Shown: piece by piece, positions 47,271 to 58,300 of the stretch
Layout: every line of letters starts with the position of its first letter
Position numbering within the stretch: position 1 is the first letter of the stretch
Origin: Candidatus Heimdallarchaeota archaeon
GTDB lineage: Archaea; Asgardarchaeota; Heimdallarchaeia; Heimdallarchaeales; Heimdallarchaeaceae
Reading direction: 5' to 3'
Length of the DNA stretch: 64,000 bases
Assembly: GCA_030603365.1 (NCBI GenBank)
Contig: JAUVXV010000001.1
Location: forward strand, 448,001 to 512,000
Program-made: the position numbers and the translations under genes
The notes under the pieces: model-generated
Databases searched by the model: none
Told to the model about the DNA's origin: nothing
The model's input: the letters and a program-made list of their open reading frames with translations, nothing else

Positions 47271-49193
47271 TTACTTTTCCCCTAGATATCCTTCACCAAA
47301 CCATTTGAAAATAACTTCATCTATCGCTTGTTCTAAAGAATTCTTAATTTCTCCATGGTATTTTTCAGGAAAGGTAATCTGATTTAATTCTTTAACAGAT
47401 TCATGTAAAGCTCTTCTTTGATGAAAAGTATCTTTCCTTGTAATCATAACTATTCCCGTTTCTTTATAACCAAATTCAGCAAGAATAACTATATCCTCTC
47501 CATAGTCAATTTTCATAACTTTGCCAATTTCACTTGTAAAAACTTCAGAAATTATGTCTTTCGCAGCTCTAACCATTCCCCCAAAAAGAAGTACGTCATC
47601 AACTATCTTTTCTTTCTTTAGATATTTCTTTAATGGAATCCCTGACCTATGTAGAATAATAAGCTGGTTTGGCAAGATTACCGCTGTATCCTGTTCAGGT
47701 GATATATTATATCTTATCAAATCTACCAACTCTTTGATAATCTTTTGAGCTTCTAGTACTAATCTTCGTTTTTCGAGGACATTATTAGTTTTAGAAATAG
47801 ATTTACAATAACCATCAATATCCAATAAAATTGGTTTAAAGGATGTATCTGGTTGTTTGTCTACTGTTAAAAGTTTCAGATCATCTAAAAATTTCACACA
47901 TTCATATAGATCCTCCTCTTTTTGATTGGATAAGTAGTTGAACAAGATAACCTGAATAAGGTCAATAAGAATCTTTGCTGATAAGTGATCCATGCTCTTT
48001 TTAGCAGCAACCTTTAATGATTGATTCAAATAATTCTTACCTTTTGAGATATTCAAATTCTTTATTTCCTTTTTCCCAAAAAAATAAAGGATATGAGGAT
48101 TTTGTTCAATTTCTTTAGCTGTTTTTCCTTCTATTAATCCTCCTAAAACCTGATTAAATTCTACTACTTTTCCTTGTTCTATATATAACTCAGCTAAAGA
48201 ATAATCAACTAAGTCATCTTTTGCTCCTATCTCTTCTAGAATTCTTTTTGCTAAAACAAATTCATCTATAGATGAAGCTATTAGTCTTTTCTGAGCGTAA
48301 ATATCTCCTAAATTTGAATGTGCGATTGCTAAAGATCTTTTATCATCACATTTTTCATATAAAGGTATAATTTGTTGAAGCCTATTTTCAGCACTATTAA
48401 AGTTTCCTTGCATTCTTTCAACATCTGCTAGATTAGAAAAAGTTGAAGCTTCCCCTCTTTTATCACCAAGTTCGCTATAATATTTCCCTGCTAGTTCAAA
48501 ATAATTTTTTGAATTATTCCAATTACCTGAGTATTTTTCAAGAACTCCTAAGAGATTGTTTAGCTTAGCAATATGTATTCTGTCTCCATATTCTTTTGCT
48601 TGATGGAGTTTTTCTAAACAGCTTTTCTTTGAATCTTCTACATTTTTTTCAGTTCTAGCTGACCATAGTTCACCATAGATACAATTGAGCCATACATCCA
48701 AATAGATTTGCTTTTTATTACCTACTAATAGTCCAGTAAGTATTTCTTTGATTTGATTGAAAAATAAAATTGCTTCTGTCTTCTTTCCCCTTCTATCTTT
48801 AATTCTTGCCAATCCAATTTTACTTGATAGACTGATTAAATGGTCATCTTCGTCTATAAGGTCTTGAAAAATAATCTCTGCTGAATCGTATTCCCCTTTA
48901 CGAGTAAAGGAAAATCCTTGCCAAAGGAATAAGTAGTTGTTATTCTTGTGTTTTACAAGCTCTTTTTCCAATTCATCAAATAACGATAAATTATATAGAA
49001 TCTTACCTAAGGCAAATAATATCAAATCTGAATTATTTTTAGTTTTTGTCAAGACAAGTGAAACAAGTTGAAGCTGTTCTTCTAATGAGTTATTTTTCCT
49101 TTCATTTTTAAATTGATTAAATAACTTTTGCTCTTCTTGAAACCAGTTATCAACATAATAACTGATTTCGGGAAAAACTAACACATCATTCAT
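47271..49193 (-). CDS. TPR protein with C-terminal longin-like domain
   Basis: NLLG..GNW, SNLAD..GNF, SNLGDIY repeats; LHRSGIPL..DDVLLFGGMVRA. Confidence 0.8.
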   Translation of the reverse strand: MNDVLVFPEISYYVDNWFQEEQKLFNQFKNERKNNSLEEQLQLVSLVLTKTKNNSDLILFALGKILYNLSLFDELEKELVKHKNNNYLFLWQGFSFTRKGEYDSAEIIFQDLIDEDDHLISLSSKIGLARIKDRRGKKTEAILFFNQIKEILTGLLVGNKKQIYLDVWLNCIYGELWSARTEKNVEDSKKSCLEKLHQAKEYGDRIHIAKLNNLLGVLEKYSGNWNNSKNYFELAGKYYSELGDKRGEASTFSNLADVERMQGNFNSAENRLQQIIPLYEKCDDKRSLAIAHSNLGDIYAQKRLIASSIDEFVLAKRILEEIGAKDDLVDYSLAELYIEQGKVVEFNQVLGGLIEGKTAKEIEQNPHILYFFGKKEIKNLNISKGKNYLNQSLKVAAKKSMDHLSAKILIDLIQVILFNYLSNQKEEDLYECVKFLDDLKLLTVDKQPDTSFKPILLDIDGYCKSISKTNNVLEKRRLVLEAQKIIKELVDLIRYNISPEQDTAVILPNQLIILHRSGIPLKKYLKKEKIVDDVLLFGGMVRAAKDIISEVFTSEIGKVMKIDYGEDIVILAEFGYKETGIVMITRKDTFHQRRALHESVKELNQITFPEKYHGEIKNSLEQAIDEVIFKWFGEGYLGEK

Positions 49194-49194
49194 T

Positions 49195-49845
49195 TTAAAG
49201 CTCCGAATGTTTTGACTTATAGAATGGGCTATTTTTCTTCAAAGGAATCTGTGAAAAAGCTTCTGCATGTTTTGTTGTAGCTTGAGCACCTCTCATCAAT
49301 GTTCTATGCTTATGGAATTTGATATAGAAATTCTCTCCTCCTTTATAGAGCTGTGATTTATAGCATTTGATAGCTAATTCTTTTACATCATAGAACCCTG
49401 ATATATCTACGAGAATGTGAGGATTTGGAATTAAGATTGTTGTTTCAGCAACATAAAGCTTGGACACAAGATGAGAATTTTCATGCTGTGTCTCATGAGC
49501 TGCCCATTCTATCCCCTCTCGTACTATTTTGTGACTTATCCGATGATCAATATGATAATCATCTTCAAGGTGAGTCACAACTACTTCAGGTTGAAACTCT
49601 AAAAGGAAAGAAATAAACTCTTTAGTAATTTCCTTTTCGTAATTTGCTACATCAGTATATTCATAGATAATTGGTTTTTGAACTCCTAAAACTTTTGTAG
49701 CTTCAGAATATTCTTTTTTTCTATCTGAAGATGAAGAAAAACAAACCGTACTCACTTCATGTCCAGTACCTATATACTTGGCAATTGTCCCACCTGAACT
49801 TAGGGACTCATCATCAGGATGTGCAAAAACAAAGGCAATCTTCAC
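49195..49845 (-). CDS. PIG-L family deacetylase (BshB candidate)
   Basis: AHPDDE, HIDH, YKSQ, AEAF. Confidence 0.88.
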   Translation of the reverse strand: MKIAFVFAHPDDESLSSGGTIAKYIGTGHEVSTVCFSSSSDRKKEYSEATKVLGVQKPIIYEYTDVANYEKEITKEFISFLLEFQPEVVVTHLEDDYHIDHRISHKIVREGIEWAAHETQHENSHLVSKLYVAETTILIPNPHILVDISGFYDVKELAIKCYKSQLYKGGENFYIKFHKHRTLMRGAQATTKHAEAFSQIPLKKNSPFYKSKHSEL

Positions 49846-49896
49846 AACTTTATGATAAAAAAAAGATATAAAAAGAATTCCTATCCAGTTCCAGAA

Positions 49897-50919
49897 TTAT
49901 TGCTCAAGATAATCGGTAGCAAAAATTCCAGTCTTATAACCATCACCCATTAGAATTGTTGAATAGTCTATTTCACCTTTAACCGTACCAGCTGCAAATA
50001 ATCCTTTGATGTTTGTTGAATTAAATTCGTTGGTTTGAATGAACCCATCATCATTAACATCAATATCTAAACCCTGCAAGAGTGTTAAGTTTGGTTTATC
50101 CTTAAGTTCAATAAAGACAACATCAGTAGATATTTCTTTTTCTTCTCCTTCTTTAGTAAACTTTACGCCTTGAACAACATTTGAACCCACAACTTCTACA
50201 CTTTCTAAATTAATGTTATAGTGAATCTTGATATTTTGAGTTCTTTCAATCTTTTTCAAAAACCTCTTATCACATCCTAACTCAGCTTCAGGACATATTA
50301 CTGTTATTTTTCTGCAATATTCTCTTAAGTGCAATGTTCCTCTAGCAATAAAATTGCCTATACCAATAATGACTGCTTTTCGTCCTCTAAAAAGTGCTCC
50401 ATCGCAAACAGCACAATGAGAAACTCCTTTATGAACAAAGTTTTCTTCACCTTTAATTGAGTTCTTTAACTCGGGAAGTCCTGTAGATAAAATAACTGCT
50501 TTTGCATTATGTTTTTGGCTTTCTGTGATTATTTCAAAGCCTGTCTCTATCTGGTTTACAGTTTTAACATTATCATTTATGATATGTATTGAAGAAGCTT
50601 GTTCCAATTGAAGCAAGGATATAGATAAGCTGACTTTGTGTACACCTTGTTGTTCTTTCATCTCTTTAACAACTTTTTGTGCTGATTCAGCATTTAATTT
50701 CTCAAGTTGTTCTGTTACCTTCTGAATTAGATCTACACCCACTATTTTATCAGTACCAGGAATATTTTCTATTTCACCTTTCTTCGCTGTATTTGAATCA
50801 AAAGGTAATCCATAAAGATTGATTCTTAAATCTGGATTTTTTGAATATGCAGCAATTGCAGCAGACATTCCAGTTAAACCAGGTCCTATAATTGCTAAGT
50901 CACAACTATCGTCATCCAT
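49897..50919 (-). CDS. Thioredoxin reductase-like flavoprotein with degenerate NADPH site
   Basis: IIGPGLTG, GVSHCAVCDG, GLFAAG. Confidence 0.8.
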   Translation of the reverse strand: MDDDSCDLAIIGPGLTGMSAAIAAYSKNPDLRINLYGLPFDSNTAKKGEIENIPGTDKIVGVDLIQKVTEQLEKLNAESAQKVVKEMKEQQGVHKVSLSISLLQLEQASSIHIINDNVKTVNQIETGFEIITESQKHNAKAVILSTGLPELKNSIKGEENFVHKGVSHCAVCDGALFRGRKAVIIGIGNFIARGTLHLREYCRKITVICPEAELGCDKRFLKKIERTQNIKIHYNINLESVEVVGSNVVQGVKFTKEGEEKEISTDVVFIELKDKPNLTLLQGLDIDVNDDGFIQTNEFNSTNIKGLFAAGTVKGEIDYSTILMGDGYKTGIFATDYLEQ

Positions 50920-51044
50920 ATCTGTATAAACAATCTCAAAATACAAAAACTTTGTTGAAAAGGAAAATTACTTGAGAAAAACAAAAAACAAAGTACTACT
51001 AGTAGAGTTGATTAAAAATAAAAGATGAAAGGAAAAAAGGGGGC

Positions 51045-51260
51045 TTAGTTATCAACTAAGAAGTAGAAAACACTTCTCATGTCGTTTAAGTTGCTTCTTT
51101 TGACTATTAACCCTAATTCAATTAACCTTCGCAAAGCATATCTTGCAGTTCTTGCAGGAATTGCTGATGCTTTAATTAGTTGCTTTTGAGTTAATGGTCC
51201 CTTTTTTTCCAAGATTGTTAATAGTTTCTTGCCTGAAACTGGTATTTCTTCATCTGCCAT
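51045..51260 (-). CDS. Small winged-helix transcription regulator
   Basis: GPLTQKQL..RTARYALRRL..DMRS. Confidence 0.82.
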   Translation of the reverse strand: MADEEIPVSGKKLLTILEKKGPLTQKQLIKASAIPARTARYALRRLIELGLIVKRSNLNDMRSVFYFLVDN

Positions 51261-51290
51261 TTGGTTATTCCCCTTGCTTCGTAAGTTATA

Positions 51291-51370
51291 CGGATAAGCT
51301 CCCCTTATAAAAGCAATCTCAGTATTTTATCCGCAATTGCCTCAAGGTTTCTAGTAGGTTTATCCGCAAT
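51291..51370. promoter_or_regulatory. Repeated TTATCCG(CAAT) sites around the TATA box of the wHTH gene
   Basis: TTTATCCGCAAT at 51326-51337 and 51359-51370; inverted CGGATAA at 51291-51297; TATA-like box at 51305-51312. Confidence 0.55.
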
Positions 51371-51589
51371 AATAAGTTTATAGTTCTGTATTTAATACTC
51401 GATATTTTTCTCATAATATCTTACTAATACAGACTTGCTCCGTTACTTACCATTCACTTACATGTTTTTTTGTTATTTAAACACCCATTTTTCCATTTTT
51501 TAAATGCATGTAACACCAAATTGAATAGCTATTACCACAACAAAGCTTATATTAGAATGTTCGCTTAATGTATTTCTTAGTGAGCAACT

Positions 51590-52048
51590 GTGAGTCATAA
51601 AGTTGAAAGCTCTCCAGAAATATACCATTTAGCAAATCAACTACAACGTATTAACTATCTGGGTAATGTTCAAACTATTCAAATAGAATTTGAATTTATT
51701 CCTGAAGATAAGAAAGCTGAACTTGAGGAAAGTTTCACAGATTCGACTGGAATTGGTCAATATAAATCTGATATGATCATTCTTGAACAAATTTCTGGAA
51801 GAGATATGCTTGAGATAATCAACACACTCCATAATATCAGTCTAGTCTTTGGAGATCTTTCATCTATAGATGGTATCACTGCCCTTGTAGAGATTAGTTA
51901 TAAGGGAGAAACATTCTTTGTCGTCGTCTCATATAATCCTGCAACCAGTGGCTTGGAACTAATATCTACATCTGAAAGTCAATTATATTTTGAATTACTA
52001 AACTTCATTAGAACAAAATGGGCACTTTCCAAAACTTTTCTAAAATAA
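51590..52048 (+). CDS. Hypothetical protein
   Basis: 152-aa ORF. Confidence 0.6.
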   Translation: MSHKVESSPEIYHLANQLQRINYLGNVQTIQIEFEFIPEDKKAELEESFTDSTGIGQYKSDMIILEQISGRDMLEIINTLHNISLVFGDLSSIDGITALVEISYKGETFFVVVSYNPATSGLELISTSESQLYFELLNFIRTKWALSKTFLK

Positions 52049-52062
52049 TCAGTGTTTGTTTT

Positions 52063-53169
52063 TTAAAAACTAATTAAGTTCTCACGTAAAACTTTCATTA
52101 ATAATCTTAGTTTTGAATATATGTCTGTAGAATCTAATGTGTCTCTTTTACGTTCAATTCTATCACTTATATCATACAAGACATAGGAAGCAATATGAAA
52201 TCCTATGGTTAAGTCACCAGGATATAGATCCTCGATATCAAAATCAGTACCTAGCTTTCTTAGTGCAAAATTATACCCACTAAGAAAAGCAAATATGTCC
52301 TTTTTCGTGTCATCTATGTTACCATATTTCTGAAACTCCTTCATGCATGGTTTTGCAAAAAAAGTTCCTATATCTTCTGATCTATCTCTTCCTGGCATGA
52401 TGAACTCGGGGTCTAAAATGTATACTTTAATTTTGGGGGGAAATTCTTCAATTGCATCTTGAGTAATTGTAGTTGCATCTGATGAGAAAAGTAGATTACC
52501 TTGATGAAAATCTCCATGAATCATAGTAGCTCCTAGAGATTTTTCTAATGAGACAAAAGAAGGTAACATCAAGTCCAGTATTTCTTCTTGAATGGAAGAA
52601 TCACCCAAAGTTGAAAGCAAGTATAGTATAAGTTTCTTATATGGTTCAGTAACAAATTGATTAGTTTCTGTTCCATGAATGGCAGCAAGTGTTTGTCCTG
52701 CTAGTTTGTGCTTGTAATCCTTGTCAAGTTTTGTTTCTCTGAAACTTGTTCCTGTTACTCCCTCATAAATTATACTTCGATTTTGACTGCTTTTATACAA
52801 TATTTTTGGGATATAGATGCCTGGAAAGTGTTCAGGAACCATTGATATGATTTCATAATTCTTAATCTCTTTACTAAACCTCACCTCATCAGCTGAGAAT
52901 TTGACAACCAGATTAATTGAGTGCTCTCCGATGTCGGTATTTAGATAATAAGTTACAAAATGAACTTTTGATTTTGATGTTCCTTTATCAATAGAATTCA
53001 CATCCTTAATCGAGATAACAGAAGGCATCTCTCCAGTAGTTTCGAAAATTTGAGTTTTGAAAACTTTTTCTAAACTATCACCAATTGTTGTTAGAATGGT
53101 TTTAAATTTCTGTTTTTTTCTAACAGAATCCGGAGATAATTCATTTTCGTCGCTACTCAAATTCAACAC
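52063..53169 (-). CDS. APH/choline-kinase-like phosphotransferase
   Basis: LVVK, LAAIH, HGDFHQGN, LDPE. Confidence 0.8.
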   Translation of the reverse strand: MLNLSSDENELSPDSVRKKQKFKTILTTIGDSLEKVFKTQIFETTGEMPSVISIKDVNSIDKGTSKSKVHFVTYYLNTDIGEHSINLVVKFSADEVRFSKEIKNYEIISMVPEHFPGIYIPKILYKSSQNRSIIYEGVTGTSFRETKLDKDYKHKLAGQTLAAIHGTETNQFVTEPYKKLILYLLSTLGDSSIQEEILDLMLPSFVSLEKSLGATMIHGDFHQGNLLFSSDATTITQDAIEEFPPKIKVYILDPEFIMPGRDRSEDIGTFFAKPCMKEFQKYGNIDDTKKDIFAFLSGYNFALRKLGTDFDIEDLYPGDLTIGFHIASYVLYDISDRIERKRDTLDSTDIYSKLRLLMKVLRENLISF

Positions 53170-53236
53170 ACTATTCCTTATTATGAGAAATTACAAAAAC
53201 TCACTGAAAAACTTAACTCTTATTCTAACCGTACTT

Positions 53237-53620
53237 TTAGATAAGGAGATTGAGTGGGTTTATCATGCCTATAATTTTTTCTCCATCAACAACAATCAAG
53301 TGGTTAATTTTCTGTTCTTTCATTTTTAGCAATGCTGCTGATATTGTTTCTGTTGCATTAATCTTTATAATAGGTGTTTGCATAACCTCTTTAATTTTAA
53401 CCTTCTTGAGATCTTGTTCCTGTGATATTACTTTTATGATGTCTTTGCTTGTAATAATTCCTATTGCATTACCATTAACTGTTACAAGTAGTGACCCCAC
53501 ATCAAAATCTGACATAATTGTTATTGCTTCTTTTAAGTTTTTTGAAGATTTAATGGATAGAGTCCCTTTTGTCATTACGCTTGATACGGGGTCATCCAAT
53601 TCATAGGTTCTAAGCGTCAT
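53237..53620 (-). CDS. CBS-domain pair protein
   Basis: VSSVMT, GIITSKDI, EVMQTP, HLIVVD. Confidence 0.88.
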   Translation of the reverse strand: MTLRTYELDDPVSSVMTKGTLSIKSSKNLKEAITIMSDFDVGSLLVTVNGNAIGIITSKDIIKVISQEQDLKKVKIKEVMQTPIIKINATETISAALLKMKEQKINHLIVVDGEKIIGMINPLNLLI

Positions 53621-53722
53621 TGAACTTATCTAGAATTAATACAAGTTAAAGATTTTGTATAGTTGCAATCAACAAGCAAACTAGCGATAAAGATAATTAG
53701 CTAAACTTGCTAACTGTTCTTA

Positions 53723-55276
53723 ATGGCTAATCCAGTAAGAATTATTCACTTCAGTGATACTCATATTACCCCTAGACAACAATTTGTCAAACCGAGTTAT
53801 GATGCAGCTCTAGAAGTGATTAACAAAACACCACATGATTTTTCTATTTTTACCGGAGATTTAACACAAGATGGATTGATTGAAGAATTTATTTTAGCAG
53901 ATGAATTAAGAAGAAAGGTTAATTCTCCAAAAATATATTGGATAATAGGTAATCATGATAGCAGAAGTGGAGGTTTTGAGGTCTGGGAAGAGAAAATTGG
54001 TCCTCGAGAATTTCACGAATTTTCTGAAGATGTTCTCTTTATAGGACTGGATTCATGCATCCCAGATAGAGATGGAGGAAGATTTGGGAGAGAGGCATTA
54101 GATTATACAAAAAAGATATTAATGAAGTATGGAGATGCGAAAATTAAGATAATAGGTTTTCATCATCACATTTTACCAATTCCAAAAACTGGTAGAGAAA
54201 GATCTAATGCAATTGATGCTGGAGATATGCTCTCCATATTACTGGATCATAATGTGGACGCAGTTTTTACAGGTCATAAACATCATCCTAATGTCTATAA
54301 GGTAGAAGACACAATCATTGTTTCCGCGGGATGTGTTTCTAGTTATAAAACTAGGAGTGGTGGTCCTCGATCTTTAAATTATGTTGAGATAACTCCTGAA
54401 AAAGAAGTGAGAGTAAAAACAATGGAGACAGATGGAACACCAATAAGAACTGAAATTAAGACTATCACTCGTCGCTTCAGAATGGTAGATTCATCTGGAG
54501 GGAAGTGGTTAAGACTTGCACAAATTTCTGGTACAGATTTTGGTACATCGTTTGATGGTCACTCTAAATTATTTGAGAAAGGAATGGACCTAATTGACGC
54601 AACCAACCCTGATTTAATACTTCATTGTGGTAATCTTACTTCAAAAGGAAGATCAAGTGATTATGAGATTGCTGTCGATGCATTTTCCAATTATACAGAT
54701 AAATTGGTTTTCTGTCCTGGTCCAAATGACCTGAAAGGATTCGGAGAAACACTAGTACACAAGTATTTTGAAACAGAAGACATCTATGAGAAAAACGAAT
54801 CCTGTTTCTATGTCTTGAATACTTCAGTTCCAGAAACTGAAATAGGAGTAGTTGGTAGAACTGTGCAAAATAGATTGGAAAGATATGTATACCACACACG
54901 TCAGGAAACATTAGATAAGTTTCACACTGTTGTTATGCATCACCATCTCATTCCAATTCCAGGAACGAGAGAAATCTCTGCTTTAGAAGATGCTGGAGAT
55001 GTTCTTAGACTACTTACAGATACTGGCGTTAATCTGGTTTTATCTGGGCATCTTGGAAAAGCTTTCTGTACAAGAGTAGAAAAAACTGCTTTTGTAAACT
55101 GCAATACTCTTTCATCACAAACTACTTCCTCATTTGAAAATAGTTTTAATCTAATAGATGTTTCTACTGAAGGAGCTATCGTTGTTTCTGAGATAAATGT
55201 ACCTTCTGACTTCAGAAGAATATTAGGTATATTTCCGGGGATTCTACCCGACAAAAACCAAAGCAATACTGTTTAA
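53723..55276 (+). CDS. Tandem calcineurin-like metallophosphoesterase (second domain degenerate)
   Basis: Domain 1 SDTH/GDLT/GNHD/GHKH; domain 2 SGTD/GNLT/GPND/GHLG. Confidence 0.85.
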   Translation: MANPVRIIHFSDTHITPRQQFVKPSYDAALEVINKTPHDFSIFTGDLTQDGLIEEFILADELRRKVNSPKIYWIIGNHDSRSGGFEVWEEKIGPREFHEFSEDVLFIGLDSCIPDRDGGRFGREALDYTKKILMKYGDAKIKIIGFHHHILPIPKTGRERSNAIDAGDMLSILLDHNVDAVFTGHKHHPNVYKVEDTIIVSAGCVSSYKTRSGGPRSLNYVEITPEKEVRVKTMETDGTPIRTEIKTITRRFRMVDSSGGKWLRLAQISGTDFGTSFDGHSKLFEKGMDLIDATNPDLILHCGNLTSKGRSSDYEIAVDAFSNYTDKLVFCPGPNDLKGFGETLVHKYFETEDIYEKNESCFYVLNTSVPETEIGVVGRTVQNRLERYVYHTRQETLDKFHTVVMHHHLIPIPGTREISALEDAGDVLRLLTDTGVNLVLSGHLGKAFCTRVEKTAFVNCNTLSSQTTSSFENSFNLIDVSTEGAIVVSEINVPSDFRRILGIFPGILPDKNQSNTV

Positions 55277-55326
55277 GTTCGGAGAATCCTACAGCCTTTG
55301 TCGAAGGATTTTTTAAACCTAAATTA

Positions 55327-58300
55327 ATGTATAATTTAATGAAGCTTCCTAGTAGTATAAGTAAACGTAAGAAGTTCCCTCTGTACATTTTATCCTATTA
55401 TATTTTGATTTCCGTGATGTTCGCACCTATCCCACAGATTTATGCGTCTTCTGGACTAATGAATAGTTCATCACAATTCAGTGATAACTCATATCCATAT
55501 AATGGGGCTGATTATTATACAGAAATCTCTTTTGACTCTGTTTTAAGCCAAGATATCAGACCAGAGGAAATAGGCTCAGCTTATTCTCCTATCCAAGATG
55601 ATTCAAATACAGGTGATAGCTTTTCTGTAGATGATAATCTGGCGGTTGACCACCAATTCGCTTTAAATCTTACAGAAGATAGTGGAATTATTACTAATTC
55701 TTATACACTGTCAACAATTTCAGATTATACAAACACAAGTCTTCAATATGGAATAACCAATATGACAGCTGTAAAAGATTATTATCCAGTGGAAAGTCAA
55801 ACAAGTGGTGGTGCCTTAAGAGAGAAATTGACATGGTATGAGTCCGTTGCATTAGCTCAAGAATTTGAGGTTAAATGGGATTATGCTATGTTCTATGGTG
55901 CTAAGATTTTATTAAACTATATTCCAAGTGATTTTACTGGCATTTATGAATTAGAGATATTAGTAGTAAACGCTAGCACAACTAATCCTTATGGACCCAA
56001 TATGTCTTCTGTTTTAACATCTGATGTTAATGATCCTTATGACTCCTTAAATACACCTCCTTTTGGATCTTCAAGCAACATAAGATATTTTGATTTTACC
56101 GATGTTTTGCTTGAAAAGGGAAGCTATTATGTTGTAGCCAATCTAACTATAATTGATAATAATGATGATAGTACATATGATCACTTTGCATGGGATAAAT
56201 ATATTGTGGCTCCTTATGATGGCAAAACATTCGAAATGGATAATGCAACAAGGTCTTGGACACAACAGAATACGTACGATTTAACACTCATTCCTGAATT
56301 ACTTGCCTCTGATTCTAGTGGTCTTGCATTAACATTTAGTGACCCAAACGCCATAGATCTTACTGATAATTCAGTATCTATTACTTCTTTAACAGAATCT
56401 ATTTCTGAAACTGGATTGCATACACTAACTGCAAATACTTCAACGCAAATTACTTTCGACAATAGTTATGCGTTTGTTAAAAGCTATAGTGCTGCTTCTA
56501 TATTCCAAGCTTCTAATTCATCTTATTGGAATTATAGTGTTGATTGGAACATTTCATGGTATACGCCTTTGCTTTATATTACACCCTATGTTAACCTTGA
56601 TCGTTATCATTTTATTTACTCTCCTACGGATTGGCATGATACAACATTCGCGTTCTATTATAATGATACAAATACGATTCCTGGTACCAGAGAATCAGCA
56701 GGTTACAAAGTTGCTCTTGCTAACAACAACTCTGCAGGGAATTGGATCTTGTCCACGAAGAGTCCTAACTATCTTAGTGATTTAACATTGATGGATGATA
56801 CAACACCTACAGAAAGATATCTATTAGGTTATTGGATAGGTACTGCAACTCAATCTATAGGTTATGCTGGATCAAATATTGTAGCTAATACTCTTGTTCA
56901 AGGTGATGGCGCAGGAATCCCATATGATGTTACAACTGGAAGCTTAAACTACACATTATATGATGGAAATGGAAATATTATACCAATTAAAAGTGGTTTA
57001 CCGGGAGATCTTGTTTATACTGATACAACTTCTTATACTTTAGCTGGTATTACTCAAGTTAGTGCTGGTTTCTATACTCCTGAGATATCTTTTGATCCCT
57101 CAGCTTATGGAACAGATGAGCCAGGTTTTTGGACTGCAGCCGTATTCTGGCAAAATGGTACTGAAGTTGGTTTTTACTCTCAAAGAATTGTTGTTCAAAC
57201 TCAAACACAATTTGATTTTGTTTGGGAAGAGATACCATTAGAAGCTAACTGGGTTATAGATGATATTTCAAGAAAAGGTCTTGACTCTATAGTGGTCACT
57301 GGTTATTATTTCAATGTTAGTGAACCATACACAACAGGTGCAAGAAATCCAATATCATCAGCAACTGTGTCTTATAACGTTTATAATGCTACATGGAATA
57401 CAAATGCTAATTTAGATTATTATGGTTCAGCGGAATATAATACTTCAATATTGGTTGATTTTGATGTAGGTATTTACACTGTTGAAATTGCAGGAACAGG
57501 AGCTTTTCTTGAAACGAACTCAACAAGTTTCAGTTTGACAGTATTCTATGAACTGGCTCTAAGTCCACAATTTAGTTCAACTTCAACAAATTACACAGAT
57601 AATGCGATTTACTATATAGCGCTACATGATGTGACGGCAGATGTAAATCTCGATTATTATGATGATTTGAATGTTACTCTGTATGATGGAACCTATTACT
57701 ACCTGACTTCTCCAGTTGATTATAATTTTACTTATGATGGATCTCCAAAAGAATGGATATTAAATATAAATACTACTACTAATAGCTTGGACATAGGTGT
57801 TTATTCAGTTTATATTGAGTTATCTATAGACAATTATAAAGCAAATTACTCAAGTGAGGTAGTTTCAGATGTTTATACTTTCGAAATTACTGCACCTGAA
57901 ACAGAAATTCACGATGTAACAACACCAACAACAATATATGTTTATCATAATGTGATCTTTAAGTTTACATTGTTTGATATCAATCATTCTATTGACTTAA
58001 CAGGGGCTGTTGTAACTCCTTCTGCAAATGTACCAAATATCAACTTAGTTGTAGGTACTGAAGGAGTAAATTATACAATAACTGTAACAAACAGCAATGA
58101 ATTTGCTACTGCCATTGAAATTTCAGTTTCAGTAACATTGGCAAATTACCAATCAGTTACTGATTTTGTGCTTGGAGATCTGGAAGTATTAATTATTCAG
58201 ACAGAACTTGTTGAAAACGAGCCTTTTACACCAGCTGTATCCTATGTTGGATATGAAACAACAGTTGTCATACAATTCAATGATCTTACACATGAACAAG

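Noticed and set aside
51326-51370. TTATCCGCA as DnaA boxes
   Set aside because: One mismatch to the consensus, archaeal context and only two full copies; an operator is the simpler explanation
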